NCBI GenBank assembly: GCA_044868145.1
Contig: JBIOWE010000004.1
Coordinates: forward strand, 73,395 to 137,394
Source of the DNA: Patescibacteria group bacterium
GTDB taxonomy: Bacteria; Patescibacteriota; Patescibacteriia; UBA10025; JBIOWE01
Direction of reading: 5' to 3'
Length of the DNA stretch: 64,000 bases
Under the pieces are notes generated by a model. That model did not search any database. It was not told where the DNA came from and saw only the letters and a list, made by a program, of their open reading frames with translations. Position numbers and translations under genes: made by a program. Below are positions 20,670 through 30,782 of the stretch, piece after piece; the first letter of the stretch is position 1, and every line of letters starts with the position of its first letter.

Positions 20670-22508
20670 ATGAGAATACCGAAATTTCTCAAATCACTCA
20701 GTGAACGGATAAAACGAATCGGCCGAAGCATACTTCCAAATTTTCGAAGCGTGAAGCCGCCAGCTCCCATCCAACGGCTCACAGAAATGGACAAACAGCT
20801 TGTTTTTTCGTTGGCAAAGACGCGTTTTCCAACCTGGGACCAGTTCCAATATTTGCCAAATTACCTTGATCCGCGGGAAAAAACGATCGTACGGACACTG
20901 ACAATCGTCGTTATCATTTGCCTTTTATTCATCAGTGCCCGCTTTTACAGCCGGCACGTTGCCGCGGTTGCCGAAGACGGGGGTACATACACGGAAGCAA
21001 TCGTCGGACAGCCGAAGCTCATCAACCCGATCCTGGCGCAAACGAACGATTCGGACATGGATATCTCGCGCCTTGTTACGTCCTCGCTCTTTAAATACGA
21101 TACCCATCAGATGCTTGTTCCTGACATTGCAACAAAGTACGAAATCTCGGCTGATCAAAAAGTTTACACGGTCATCATTCGGCAGGACGCGCTATGGCAC
21201 AACGGAAATTCACTGCTCGTTGACGACATACTGTTCACGATTGACCTTATTCAGGATCCTGAGTTCTCAAGTCCTCTTACGCCAAGCTTAAAGGGAGTTA
21301 TTGCGGAAAAGGTTGACGACCAAACGATCAAATTTACGCTCAAAGAGCCTTTCTCCCCTTTTCTTTCCAATCTTACATTCGGCATTCTTCCTGCCCACAT
21401 TTGGGCAGATGTCACCGCCGCGAATTTTCCGCTCGCGGAGTACAACATTAAACCAATTGGTTCCGGTCCTTACAAATTCAAGTCGCTCACAAAAGACCGT
21501 GACGGCAATATCCGTTCATACACTCTCGCGGTGAACGATCAGTACTACGGGATGAAGCCGCATATTAAAGAAATCAACTTGCGGTTTTACCCGGACTTTC
21601 AATCTGCGGTCGACGCACTTCGTTCAAACGCCGTGGACGGCGCGAGCTTTATTCCGAAAGACCTGCAGGGTACGCTTGAAAAAAATAAACGCGTGGAGCT
21701 CCATCGGCTGCAATTGCCGCAATACACTGGCGTCTTTTTCAATCAAAAAAATGCACTTCTGAAAGAAAAAGCGGTGAGGCAGGCGCTTGTGCACGCGGCG
21801 GACCAACGACGCATTGTCGACGAAGCGCTCGGCGGACGCGGGACGATCATTCACGCGCCCATACTTGAAGGTTTCTTAGGATTCAACCCGGATGCCAAAG
21901 GTTTCGCCTACGATCCGGAGCTAGCAAAAAAAATATTGGACGACGCCGGCTGGAAAATCTCGGAGGAAGACGGCCTAAGAAAAAAAGGGTCAACCGAACT
22001 GCGCTTTTCCCTTACCACAGTGGACCAAGCGGAATATTTAAAAACGGCGGATTTATTAAAAGAAGCGTGGGAAGCGATTGGCATTGGCATTGAGCTAAAA
22101 ATCATGAATCCTGCGCGGGTTGATAAAGAAGTGATCAAACCGAGGAACTATGAGGCTTTCCTCTACGGAGAAATTATCGGGTTTGATCCTGACCCATTCC
22201 CATTTTGGCACTCCTCGCAAACCACTGCTGCGGGACTGAATCTTTCAAACTATTTCAACAAACAAGTGGACACGCTTCTGGAAGATGCCCGAAAAACGAG
22301 CAATCCAGAGGAACGTGCAAAGAAGTACATAGAGTTTCAAAATATCCTCTTAACCGACCTGCCTGCCCTTTTTCTTTACAGTCCAACGTATCTCTACGGG
22401 GTTAAGGAAGATATTAAAGGGTTCACGCTCGAGCGGATTACCATTCCGTCCGATCGCTTCATCGGCATCGAGAATTGGTACATCAAAACCAAGCGTGAGT
22501 GGCATTAA
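20670..22508 (+). CDS. ABC transporter substrate-binding protein, family 5 (OppA/DppA-like)
   Basis: 612 aa with an N-terminal membrane anchor and family-5 solute-binding architecture. No permease or ATPase genes are adjacent. Confidence 0.75.
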   Translation: MRIPKFLKSLSERIKRIGRSILPNFRSVKPPAPIQRLTEMDKQLVFSLAKTRFPTWDQFQYLPNYLDPREKTIVRTLTIVVIICLLFISARFYSRHVAAVAEDGGTYTEAIVGQPKLINPILAQTNDSDMDISRLVTSSLFKYDTHQMLVPDIATKYEISADQKVYTVIIRQDALWHNGNSLLVDDILFTIDLIQDPEFSSPLTPSLKGVIAEKVDDQTIKFTLKEPFSPFLSNLTFGILPAHIWADVTAANFPLAEYNIKPIGSGPYKFKSLTKDRDGNIRSYTLAVNDQYYGMKPHIKEINLRFYPDFQSAVDALRSNAVDGASFIPKDLQGTLEKNKRVELHRLQLPQYTGVFFNQKNALLKEKAVRQALVHAADQRRIVDEALGGRGTIIHAPILEGFLGFNPDAKGFAYDPELAKKILDDAGWKISEEDGLRKKGSTELRFSLTTVDQAEYLKTADLLKEAWEAIGIGIELKIMNPARVDKEVIKPRNYEAFLYGEIIGFDPDPFPFWHSSQTTAAGLNLSNYFNKQVDTLLEDARKTSNPEERAKKYIEFQNILLTDLPALFLYSPTYLYGVKEDIKGFTLERITIPSDRFIGIENWYIKTKREWH

Positions 22509-22525
22509 AAAAAGAGTCCTGTTTC

Positions 22526-22756
22526 TTAGGACTCTTCGCAAGGGGTAGATCTCACGGAACGAACATCCGTGGTCTCAAAAGTCTTGAGCTCGCTCGTATC
22601 TGGACCTTTTGAGACTAGTACATTCACTGTGTGATTACCACTATTCCAGGAATGTAAGCGGTGCCAAAGGTCTCCGATTTGCACCATTACTTTGTTCCCG
22701 CCGAGATGCGAACGGATCTCGAGTTCAGTCTTCAGGATCTGTTCTGCAATATTCAC
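22526..22756 (-). CDS. Hypothetical protein (76 aa)
   Basis: GTG start 4 nt after the ribosome-binding site AAGAGGAGG. No recognised family. Confidence 0.3.
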   Translation of the reverse strand: MNIAEQILKTELEIRSHLGGNKVMVQIGDLWHRLHSWNSGNHTVNVLVSKGPDTSELKTFETTDVRSVRSTPCEES

Positions 22757-22886
22757 ATTACCTCCTCTTGTTTACAGCTATCTTACACAATAGAATAAAA
22801 TTGTCAAGCCGAAGTGGTGGAACCCCGCACCAGACTCGCCGAACTCGTCGGTGCAGGGCAAGTTGACAGACAGTACAATTAAAAAC

Positions 22887-22970
22887 GCCGCGATGGTGGA
22901 ACTGGCAGACACGTAGCGTTCAGGGCGCTATGACCGCAAGGTCGTGGGAGTTCGACTCTCCCTCGCGGCA
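22887..22970 (+). tRNA. tRNA-Leu (anticodon CAG)
   Basis: Acceptor GCCGCGA/UCGCGGC. 3-bp D stem. Anticodon stem UAGCG/CGCUA with loop UUCAGGG. Long variable arm. T arm GGGAG-UUCGACU-CUCCC. Discriminator A. Confidence 0.8.
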
Positions 22971-23257
22971 TTAATAAGGTTTAACAAGGAGGTTCGACTC
23001 TTTACCCCGCAGAGCGAACGAAGTGAGCTTATGCGGGGCCGCCTTCGGCACCATTGATAAATCTAGAGTTTGAGAGGTCCGCCTGTCTCGCCGGAGCCTG
23101 GCGAAGGCGAGAAGTCCTCTTCCCGGCATTAAAACGAGGCAGAATGTGGACACGTTTATACAAATAAGTTGTATGGGCAATAATCGCGCTGCTCGCGCTT
23201 GCCAGCCAGAGGAAAAAATCAGTACCATAATTTAATAAACAAGAAAGAACTGACAAC

Positions 23258-24967
23258 ATGATATACCAACGAAAACAAAAGATCGACAAACAACCTAAAT
23301 TTGAAAAGAAACTGCGCATTATCCCCCTGGGCGGCCAGGAGGAAGTGGGCAGGAATATGACCGTGTTCGAATACGGCAATGATATTGTAATCCTGGACAT
23401 GGGTGTCCAGTTCCCAGAGGAAGACATGCTTGGGATTGACTACATCATCCCGAACATCAACTACCTAAAAGGAAAAGAACGCAATATTCGTGCCGTCATT
23501 TTTAGTCACGGGCACTTGGACCACATAGGTGCGGCGCCTATCCTCTTAGAAAAACTGGGGTACCCCATTGTGATCGGTAGACCGTTAACCCTTGCGCTTG
23601 TGAAAAAGCGGCTCGAAGATTACGCAAAGGGGTCATCGAAGAAACTTAAAGCACTCACAATAAAATCAATTCACGACGCGTTTCGGCTCGGGCAGTTCAT
23701 GGCCAAATTCTTCCCAGTTGACCACTCCATCATGGATGCGGTTGGCCTTGCGTTGCAAACACCGGTTGGCACGGTCCTGCACTTAGGCGACTGGATGTAT
23801 GAAAAAAATCCCGTCGGCCGCACGCCGGTAACCTATGAGCATTTGAGTCAAATGCCGCGCCCGACGTTTCTCATGTTGGAAAGTCTCGGCGCTATTGCGA
23901 CAAAAGAACGCGTTCCGGAGGCAGTGATGTACCGTAACTTACAGAAACTCATACGAGAAGCGCCCGGGCGTATCATCGTCGCCTCGTTCTCTTCGCAAAT
24001 CGAGCGTATTAAGCATATTTTGGAATTCGCCGAGGTCATTGGCAAGAAGGTTGCGCTCGACGGCTATAGCATGCGAATGAATATTGAAGTGGCCAAACAA
24101 CTCGGCTACATCAAGGTGAAGAAAACGACAATTATTCCGGTTGAACAAATTCATAAATATCCCGATAAACAAATCGTTATCCTCTGCACCGGCGCGCAAG
24201 GTGAGGCGAATGCGGTACTCTCCCGCATCGTAAACGGAAACCATCGCTTTATTAAAATAAAACCATCGGACACCATTGTCTTTTCGTCATCAGTCATTCC
24301 GGGAAATGAACGGACAATTCAGCGTCTGAAAGATACATTATACCGTTTGAGCGATAACGTCGTGCACAGCGACATTATGGACGTCCATTCCAGCGGTCAC
24401 AGCAATGCAAACGACATACTTGAAGTCTTGCGGCAAATACAGCCCGACTACTTTTTACCCGTCTACGCGAATCATTACATGCTCAAGGAGGCTGAAAAGC
24501 TCGCCATACGGGCTGGTTTCATAAAGGATCACATTTTCGTACTTGATAATGGTTCCGTTTTGGAATATTCCACTGGTCATCCAAAAATCTTGCAGAAAAA
24601 GGTGCCGACGGAATATGTGTTCGTTGACGGACTCGGTGTTGGCGACGTTTCTCACGTCGTTCTCCGCGACCGTCAGCAGCTGGCTGGAGACGGCATGCTC
24701 GTCATTATCGCCACGGTTGACGGAAAAACCGGAAATATTGTGGGCTCACCGGATATTATCTCGCGGGGATTTGTGTACATGAAATCGAATGCAAAACTGA
24801 TTGAGCAAGTCCGTCAAAAAGTGAAGTTAATTTTGAAAGATGTTGATCCGCGCACAAAAGCGAATGATGCCTATATCCGTAATCGCCTGCGCGACGCGAT
24901 CGGTCAATTCCTTTTCACGAAAACGAACCGCCGGCCGATGATCCTTCCGGTGGTTATTGACGTGTAG
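23258..24967 (+). CDS. rnj: Ribonuclease J (metallo-beta-lactamase / beta-CASP family)
   Basis: HGHLDHIGA zinc-binding motif, a beta-CASP region and a C-terminal domain. Length is 569 aa. Confidence 0.85.
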   Translation: MIYQRKQKIDKQPKFEKKLRIIPLGGQEEVGRNMTVFEYGNDIVILDMGVQFPEEDMLGIDYIIPNINYLKGKERNIRAVIFSHGHLDHIGAAPILLEKLGYPIVIGRPLTLALVKKRLEDYAKGSSKKLKALTIKSIHDAFRLGQFMAKFFPVDHSIMDAVGLALQTPVGTVLHLGDWMYEKNPVGRTPVTYEHLSQMPRPTFLMLESLGAIATKERVPEAVMYRNLQKLIREAPGRIIVASFSSQIERIKHILEFAEVIGKKVALDGYSMRMNIEVAKQLGYIKVKKTTIIPVEQIHKYPDKQIVILCTGAQGEANAVLSRIVNGNHRFIKIKPSDTIVFSSSVIPGNERTIQRLKDTLYRLSDNVVHSDIMDVHSSGHSNANDILEVLRQIQPDYFLPVYANHYMLKEAEKLAIRAGFIKDHIFVLDNGSVLEYSTGHPKILQKKVPTEYVFVDGLGVGDVSHVVLRDRQQLAGDGMLVIIATVDGKTGNIVGSPDIISRGFVYMKSNAKLIEQVRQKVKLILKDVDPRTKANDAYIRNRLRDAIGQFLFTKTNRRPMILPVVIDV

Positions 24968-25968
24968 TGTGGTACAATAAAGCTATGGAAAAGAGGATAT
25001 TTTCAGGAGTCAGACCGTCCGGCCAGCTCCACATCGGCAACTACTTTGGGGCGCTGAAGAATTGGATCGACCTGCAGGACAGCAATCATTGCGTTTTCGG
25101 AATCGTTGATTACCACGCCATCACAACGCCGTTTAATCCAAAGCAAATTCGCGACGATATTTTTCAAGTTGCCCTTGATTATCTTGCCGCCGGCGTTGAC
25201 GCGGAAAAAAGTATTCTCATGATCCAGTCACACGTGCCCGAACACACGGAACTGGCGTGGATATTGGGAACGCTGACGCCGATCTCCTGGCTCGAACGCG
25301 TGCCCACGTACAAAGAAAAGATCGAGCAGCATCCCGACTACATAAATCTTGGCCTTTTATCCTACCCCGTGCTCATGGCGGCGGATATTCTCATATACAA
25401 ATCGAATGCGGTTCCGGTCGGTGCAGACCAGTTGCCTCACATTGAGCTTGCGCGAGAAATCGCGCGGTCGTTCAACATCAAGTTCGGGCAAACGTTTCCA
25501 GAACCGAAAGGGGTTGTCGGGCAAGGCGCGAGGATTATGAGCCTGCTTGCGCCGGAGAAAAAAATGTCCAAGTCGCTTGGGCCAAATCACTACATCGCAC
25601 TCGCGGATTCACCCCAAGTCATAAAAAAGAAGATCACTTCGGCCGTCACGGACGCGGGCAACGATGCCAAAGAACCAAAGCGGCCGGGCGTTGCAAACCT
25701 GTTTGCGCTTTTACATTTATTTTCAAATCGAAAAATGCAAGATGAATTCGAAAAACAATACCGGGAGAGAAAAATCAAATATGCCGAACTCAAATCATTG
25801 CTTGCCAATGATATTGCAGAATACTTTTTCGATTTTCGAACGAAAAGGACTGTTTTAGAAAAACAACCAAAAAAAGTGTGGTCTGCTCTTGAAGACGGCA
25901 GCAAAAAAGCACGTGTCATAGCGCGGGAGACACTTGCTGACGTCAAAAAGAAGATAGGCCTCTCGTAA
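24967..25968 (+). CDS. trpS: Tryptophan--tRNA ligase
   Basis: Class I HIGH motif (SGQLHIGNYFGA) and KMSKS motif. About 330 aa. The true start may be the ATG at 24985. Confidence 0.9.
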   Translation: MWYNKAMEKRIFSGVRPSGQLHIGNYFGALKNWIDLQDSNHCVFGIVDYHAITTPFNPKQIRDDIFQVALDYLAAGVDAEKSILMIQSHVPEHTELAWILGTLTPISWLERVPTYKEKIEQHPDYINLGLLSYPVLMAADILIYKSNAVPVGADQLPHIELAREIARSFNIKFGQTFPEPKGVVGQGARIMSLLAPEKKMSKSLGPNHYIALADSPQVIKKKITSAVTDAGNDAKEPKRPGVANLFALLHLFSNRKMQDEFEKQYRERKIKYAELKSLLANDIAEYFFDFRTKRTVLEKQPKKVWSALEDGSKKARVIARETLADVKKKIGLS

Positions 25969-25986
25969 ATCTACATCTCAAAAAAA

Positions 25987-26018
25987 CACCCCGTGTCATA
26001 AAGACGCACGGGGGTTTT
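25987..26018 (+). terminator. Rho-independent terminator after trpS
   Basis: Stem ccccgtg/cacgggg followed by GTTTTGGGG. Confidence 0.6.
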
Positions 26019-26025
26019 GGGGTTG

Positions 26026-26460
26026 TCAGAATGCTTTAACCGTTATTTCATCGGTGAGCTGCTTTCGGCATTTGGCAATCTGATGAAGTTGGCAATCGAA
26101 TAAGGTCACAAAGAGAATCAGCAGGGCTTCAACCCAACTACAGGATTCTCGCTTCTCCCTCTTCACCTGACTGACAAATCCTTTTACACGCTTTTTGTGC
26201 ATGATGTCAAGGGTTTGGCGCGAAAGCCCATAGGGTCGATTGAGATCGATATCATAATAAGCCCGAGCGTCAAGTTCGAGCAGCTTCGCCGATCCTTGAT
26301 CCATTTTTTTCAGGTCATGGATAACCCTTGGCCAAAGATCGTTCTGGACGAATTGCGCCGCGCCTTGCCGTCCTAAGTAATTACAAAAGTCAGGTATGGC
26401 TGCTGTAAGTTCAATGACCCAGAATTCTGTCAACTTTTGAAAGAACTGCTGACAATTCAC
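26026..26460 (-). CDS. Hypothetical protein (144 aa)
   Basis: GTG start 4 nt after the ribosome-binding site GGAGGG. No recognised family. Confidence 0.4.
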   Translation of the reverse strand: MNCQQFFQKLTEFWVIELTAAIPDFCNYLGRQGAAQFVQNDLWPRVIHDLKKMDQGSAKLLELDARAYYDIDLNRPYGLSRQTLDIMHKKRVKGFVSQVKREKRESCSWVEALLILFVTLFDCQLHQIAKCRKQLTDEITVKAF

Positions 26461-26504
26461 TGTTCCCTCCTTTTTATTTTTTTGGTTTGATTATGTTTCG
26501 CTGT

Positions 26505-26533
26505 TAACTAAAAAGAGTAGCAAGAAGCTACTC
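26505..26533 (-). terminator. Rho-independent terminator after efp
   Basis: Stem gagtagc/gctactc with a 5-nt loop, followed on the minus strand by TTTTTAG. Confidence 0.55.
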
Positions 26534-26553
26534 ATCTGTCAAGGACAACCGTT

Positions 26554-27111
26554 TTATGCCCGCTCCACGTACTCTCCGGTTTCCGTATTCACGATCACCG
26601 CATCACCTGCCTTGACGAAAAGTGGGGCCTTGAGCTCCATGCCGTTCTCCAGTTTGACGGTTTTAAAAATGTTCGTCGCCGTATCCCCGCGTGCGCCTCC
26701 TGGTGCTGACGCCACAGCAAATCGCACTTTCTTCGGCAACTCAATGCTGATCGGGGTATCATTGAAATGTAATACCTCAACTTCCAAATTTTCTTTCAAA
26801 AAGTTCTTCTTGTCTCCGATCTGTCGTTCGTTCACAAAGAACTGATCGTAGGTCTCTTGATCCATAAAATAGTAATTCGCTCCTTCCTGATACAGAAAGC
26901 TTGCCTTCGTTTTCTTCATATCCGCTTCTTCAAGCTTCTCGGAACCTTTGAACGTTTTTTCCAAGACCTGCCCTGTTTTCAGGTTGCGCGCGGTAATACG
27001 CATAATCCCTTTGGATTGAGCCATTTTAATAAAATCGTGCTTTTCCACACGAAAGGGATCTCCGTCAAGTACGAAAAAAGCGCCCGCTTTAAGATCGTTG
27101 ATAGTGAGCAT
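26554..27111 (-). CDS. efp: Elongation factor P
   Basis: 185 aa with three OB/KOW-like domains. The segment KGSEKLEEADM matches the EF-P family. Confidence 0.9.
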   Translation of the reverse strand: MLTINDLKAGAFFVLDGDPFRVEKHDFIKMAQSKGIMRITARNLKTGQVLEKTFKGSEKLEEADMKKTKASFLYQEGANYYFMDQETYDQFFVNERQIGDKKNFLKENLEVEVLHFNDTPISIELPKKVRFAVASAPGGARGDTATNIFKTVKLENGMELKAPLFVKAGDAVIVNTETGEYVERA

Positions 27112-27114
27112 AGT

Positions 27115-27336
27115 TTAGCGAGTCGTATAAGGCACGAGCGCCATATAGCGCGCGCGCTTCACTGCTTCGGCAAGTTTGCGCTGATGTTTCGCGCACACGC
27201 CCGTTCGCTTGCGCGGCAAAATCTTCGAGTAGCCGGAAATAAATCTTTGCATATTCCGTAGATCTTTGTAATCAATATCATTCACGTTATTGATGCAAAA
27301 ATGACAGGACTTTGGTTGTTCGTACATTATTGGCAT
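27115..27336 (-). CDS. rpsR: 30S ribosomal protein S18
   Basis: Signature CHFCINNV..IDYKDLRNMQRFISGYSKILPRKRTG.CAKHQR. Confidence 0.9.
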   Translation of the reverse strand: MPIMYEQPKSCHFCINNVNDIDYKDLRNMQRFISGYSKILPRKRTGVCAKHQRKLAEAVKRARYMALVPYTTR

Positions 27337-27339
27337 AGA

Positions 27340-27771
27340 TTAGAACGGTATATCTTCAACATTTACTTCCTCTGGTTGAGATGACGCAGGTTCTTCTTTG
27401 GGCGCTGGCTCGGCTTGCTTCATTGAAGCACCGGACGAGGCAGGACGATCGAGCATAATCAAGTTTTCTGCCACGATTTCGGTTCGGTATTTTTTTGTTC
27501 CGGTTTGATCGTCCCAGGAGCGAGTTTGCAGGCGTCCTTCCACGTATACTTTACTCCCTTTCTTCAGGTATTGGCCGGCGATTTCGGCGAGTCTCTGCCA
27601 ACATACGATGTTATGATACTCTACTTGTTCTTTCAGCTCGCCCGATGCTTGGTTTTTCCAGCGTCGATTCGTGGCAACGCCGAACGTGGTCACGACTTGG
27701 CCCGAGGTTAAGGTGCGTACTTCCGGATCACGCGTAACATTTCCAATGATAAGGGCTTTATTTAAATTCAT
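27340..27771 (-). CDS. ssb: Single-stranded DNA-binding protein
   Basis: OB fold beginning MNLNKALIIGNVTRDPE, with an acidic C-terminal tail DIPF. Sits between rpsF and rpsR. Confidence 0.9.
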   Translation of the reverse strand: MNLNKALIIGNVTRDPEVRTLTSGQVVTTFGVATNRRWKNQASGELKEQVEYHNIVCWQRLAEIAGQYLKKGSKVYVEGRLQTRSWDDQTGTKKYRTEIVAENLIMLDRPASSGASMKQAEPAPKEEPASSQPEEVNVEDIPF

Positions 27772-27774
27772 AGA

Positions 27775-28308
27775 CTACTTCGTAATATCTTCCTTCAAAA
27801 TTTCGTCGAGCTTCGTATCGAGTTCTTCCAACGAGATTTTCTTGTCGTCGTCTACTTTCTTTTCTTCCTTACGCTCTTCCGCCAGCGCCTTCTCGCGTTC
27901 TTGGGCTTGCTCTTGAACTTGCGCGGCGACGCGGCGCATCTCAATGCGTTCTTTGATGCGTTGCTCTTTCTCAATCTCTGCCTGCGTTTTTACGTGGATC
28001 TGCACCAAAAGATATCGCAGGATCTCTTGCATCCCTCGGAGTGCTTCATGAAGCTTTTTGAGATTTGCGGTTTCTATGTCAAACTGAACTAAAAGATACA
28101 CGCCGTATTGCTCGTGTTTAATGGCATACGCAAATCTGCGTCGGCCGAGTGTTTCGTTCTTCACGACCTCCCCGCCGGCGTTTTTGATTGTGTTCAGAAC
28201 CTGCTCATGAACTTTTGCGCTCTCGGTCTCTGAAAGACTGGAGGGAAGGATGAACATGAGCTCGTATCGTTTTCGCATGGAAATAAAAAAACCTCTGTTA
28301 TAAGGCAA
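27775..28308 (-). CDS. rpsF: 30S ribosomal protein S6 with a charged C-terminal extension
   Basis: Core MRKRYELMFIL..GRRRFAYAI. The real start is probably MRKRYE near 28275. Confidence 0.85.
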   Translation of the reverse strand: MPYNRGFFISMRKRYELMFILPSSLSETESAKVHEQVLNTIKNAGGEVVKNETLGRRRFAYAIKHEQYGVYLLVQFDIETANLKKLHEALRGMQEILRYLLVQIHVKTQAEIEKEQRIKERIEMRRVAAQVQEQAQEREKALAEERKEEKKVDDDKKISLEELDTKLDEILKEDITK

Positions 28309-28401
28309 ATTTTGTCTCCCCTCAAGTCTAGCACACGCCTACTGGCATTGCAAGGGTTGGGGTTGCCCCTTGGCAACGCCGGGATCATGTATAATGAGTG
28401 C

Positions 28402-29580
28402 ATGCAATATAGTTTTATCCTCGGGTCGCATCCAGCACTCGCAAAAGAAGAAATTGCCGCTGTTTTACCATACGCAAAAACCCTTGCGGAAACGAAGGAT
28501 GCGCTTGTCGTTGAGACCGACACGCTGGACCCGGTCTCGCTCCAGAAACGGCTAGGCGGCACGGTAAAAATAGGTCAAGTCGTTGGCCGCATCACGCTTG
28601 AGCGCTTACAATCTTTTTTATCTCTCGATACGCTGTTTCAACATGTTTTTGGTCAGGCGGAGCGCAAAATCGTGTTTGGATTCAGTATGTATGGATCATT
28701 TGGCAGAGCGTTCGTGCAAACAATACATAACTTAGGGCAAGCATTCAAAAAACAGCTTAAAGGCCTCGGTTATTCATCACGCTTCGTGGCCGGACGTGAC
28801 GCTGCGCTCTCCAGCGTTATTGTAACAAAGAATCATCTTATCGAACGTGGCGCGGATATACTGCTTATTGTAACGCCCGAAGCGGTATGGGTTGCAAAAG
28901 CGCTCACGGTACAACCGTTTGAAGAATATTCTTTGCGGGACTACGGCAGACCGAATCGCGATCCAAAATCCGGCATGCTCCCGCCAAAACTGGCGCAGAT
29001 GATGCTCAATATGAGCCGAGCGCCGCTTGACGGAACTGTGCTTGACCCGTTTTGTGGGTCAGGCACAATTCTGCAGGAAGCGCTCTTGATGGGTTTTCAG
29101 CGCGTCATCGGCTCCGACCGTTCCGAGCAAGCAGTCCGAGACACCAAGGCAAACATCGAGTGGCTGGTGAAGTCGCAAGGCATTGCATTACAGAGCGGGC
29201 AACTGACAATTGTTCAGTCGGACGTGCGGGAACTGCATAAAAAAATTCCGCCCCAGTCGGTCGATACGATCGTAACAGAGCCCTACCTTGGGCCAGTATT
29301 TAAAAAAAAGCCGGATCAACCCTCGATAGAAAAAATACGAGCCGACCTGGCCTCGCTCTATCTGTATGCGTTTGAAACCTTTCGAAAAATTGTGAAGCCA
29401 AAAGGATCTGTGGTCATCATTTTCCCAATCTGGAATGTAGAGAAACGAACAATACGTCTTGGGCTTGACGGACAAATTCAAGAACTCGGTTTTACTAAAA
29501 CCAGAACCCGTGAGAATCTTGATTACGGTCGCCCTGGACAGAGCGTCGTGCGTGAAATACTTATTTTTCAGGCGAAATGA
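28402..29580 (+). CDS. THUMP-domain RNA (guanine-N2/adenine-N6 class) methyltransferase
   Basis: SAM-binding motif DPFCGSGTILQEA and an NPPY-like TEPYLGP motif, with an N-terminal THUMP-like region. The start at MQYSF is preferred over the ORF-track start, which overlaps the rpsF promoter region. Confidence 0.7.
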   Translation: MQYSFILGSHPALAKEEIAAVLPYAKTLAETKDALVVETDTLDPVSLQKRLGGTVKIGQVVGRITLERLQSFLSLDTLFQHVFGQAERKIVFGFSMYGSFGRAFVQTIHNLGQAFKKQLKGLGYSSRFVAGRDAALSSVIVTKNHLIERGADILLIVTPEAVWVAKALTVQPFEEYSLRDYGRPNRDPKSGMLPPKLAQMMLNMSRAPLDGTVLDPFCGSGTILQEALLMGFQRVIGSDRSEQAVRDTKANIEWLVKSQGIALQSGQLTIVQSDVRELHKKIPPQSVDTIVTEPYLGPVFKKKPDQPSIEKIRADLASLYLYAFETFRKIVKPKGSVVIIFPIWNVEKRTIRLGLDGQIQELGFTKTRTRENLDYGRPGQSVVREILIFQAK

Positions 29581-30620
29581 ACATGAATGACGTCGCCATC
29601 TTGGATGACGTAGTTTTTTCCTTCTAGCCGGAGCTTGCCTTGCGCGCGCGCCTCGGCCTCGCTGCCGGCGGCGAGAAGGTCGGCGGTTGCTATTACCTCT
29701 GCTCGGATGAATCCGCGCTCAAAGTCCGAATGGATAACGCCGGCGGCCTGCGGCGCTTTTGAGCCGCGCTTCACTGTCCAGGCACGAGTTTCTTTTGGGC
29801 CGCTCGTGAAAAAAGTAATTAAGTCGAGTAGCGTGTAGCCGGTGCGGATGAGCCGGTTCAGGCCGGGTTCTTCCAGCCCCAGTTCTTTCAAGTATGCCCG
29901 CGCTTCCGTATCGGGAAGGTCGGCAAGTTCTGCTTCGATCTTCGCAGATATCAACAAGCTGCCTTCCGGAATATTTGCCGGAGTTGTGCGTTCTGAAATA
30001 TTATACACGTACAGTATGGGTTTTGCGGTTAACAGATTAAGATCGCGTACTGCGGCACGCTCTTCCTCGGTTTTCAGTACGTTCCGGCCGGGCTGACCTG
30101 CGTTCAGAGCTGTCCGTAACTTTTCGTACAATGGCAAAGCGTCGATAGCCATCTTGTCTCCGGATCGCCCCTTCGGTTTCGTCTCCTCATAACGGCGATC
30201 AACGGTCGCAAGGTCCGCAAGACAAAGCTCCGTATCAATCGTGGCCATGTCGCTGGCCGGGTTGATGCGTCCGTGAACATGTACGATGTCCGGGTCTTCA
30301 AATGCGCGGACGACTTCCACGATCGCGTCCACCTCGCGGATATGTTGAAGAAATTGATTACCCAAGCCTTCGCCTTTCGATGCGCCCGCGACAAGACCGG
30401 CGATATCGACAAACGTTACGACTGTAGGGATAATCTTCGCAGAGTTCGATAAATGAGCGAGTCGTTCGAGCCGCTCGTCAGGTACCGCAACAACGCCGGT
30501 GTTCGGGCTGATCGTGCAAAACGGGTAATTCGAAATATCCACCTGTTTTTTTGTCAGTGCTTTGAACAGGGTTGATTTACCGACGTTTGGAAGACCGACG
30601 ATGCCAATGGAGAAGGACAT
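29568..30620 (-). CDS. ychF: Ribosome-binding ATPase YchF (Obg-like ATPase)
   Basis: G1 motif GIVGLPNVGKSTLF, then NYPFCTI.PN.G and a TGS domain. Strong similarity to YchF. Confidence 0.9.
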   Translation of the reverse strand: MSFSIGIVGLPNVGKSTLFKALTKKQVDISNYPFCTISPNTGVVAVPDERLERLAHLSNSAKIIPTVVTFVDIAGLVAGASKGEGLGNQFLQHIREVDAIVEVVRAFEDPDIVHVHGRINPASDMATIDTELCLADLATVDRRYEETKPKGRSGDKMAIDALPLYEKLRTALNAGQPGRNVLKTEEERAAVRDLNLLTAKPILYVYNISERTTPANIPEGSLLISAKIEAELADLPDTEARAYLKELGLEEPGLNRLIRTGYTLLDLITFFTSGPKETRAWTVKRGSKAPQAAGVIHSDFERGFIRAEVIATADLLAAGSEAEARAQGKLRLEGKNYVIQDGDVIHVHFA

Positions 30621-30782
30621 ACGATGGCTAATAGCTTATAGCTTATAGTAAAAATTGCGTTCGAGCCATACACTATACGCTATAAGCCATATGCCATTGG
30701 CCTTCGTCATTGTATCAATTTTCACTTCGTAATGGAATTGTGCTATACTTTTTGTTAGTAAAAACAATTAAACATAAATTGT

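Noticed and set aside
22990-23140. Possible SRP (4.5S) RNA
   Set aside because: A GNRA-capped GC-rich hairpin exists, but the conserved domain IV asymmetric loop sequences of SRP RNA are not identifiable. Kept only as a generic structured-RNA candidate.
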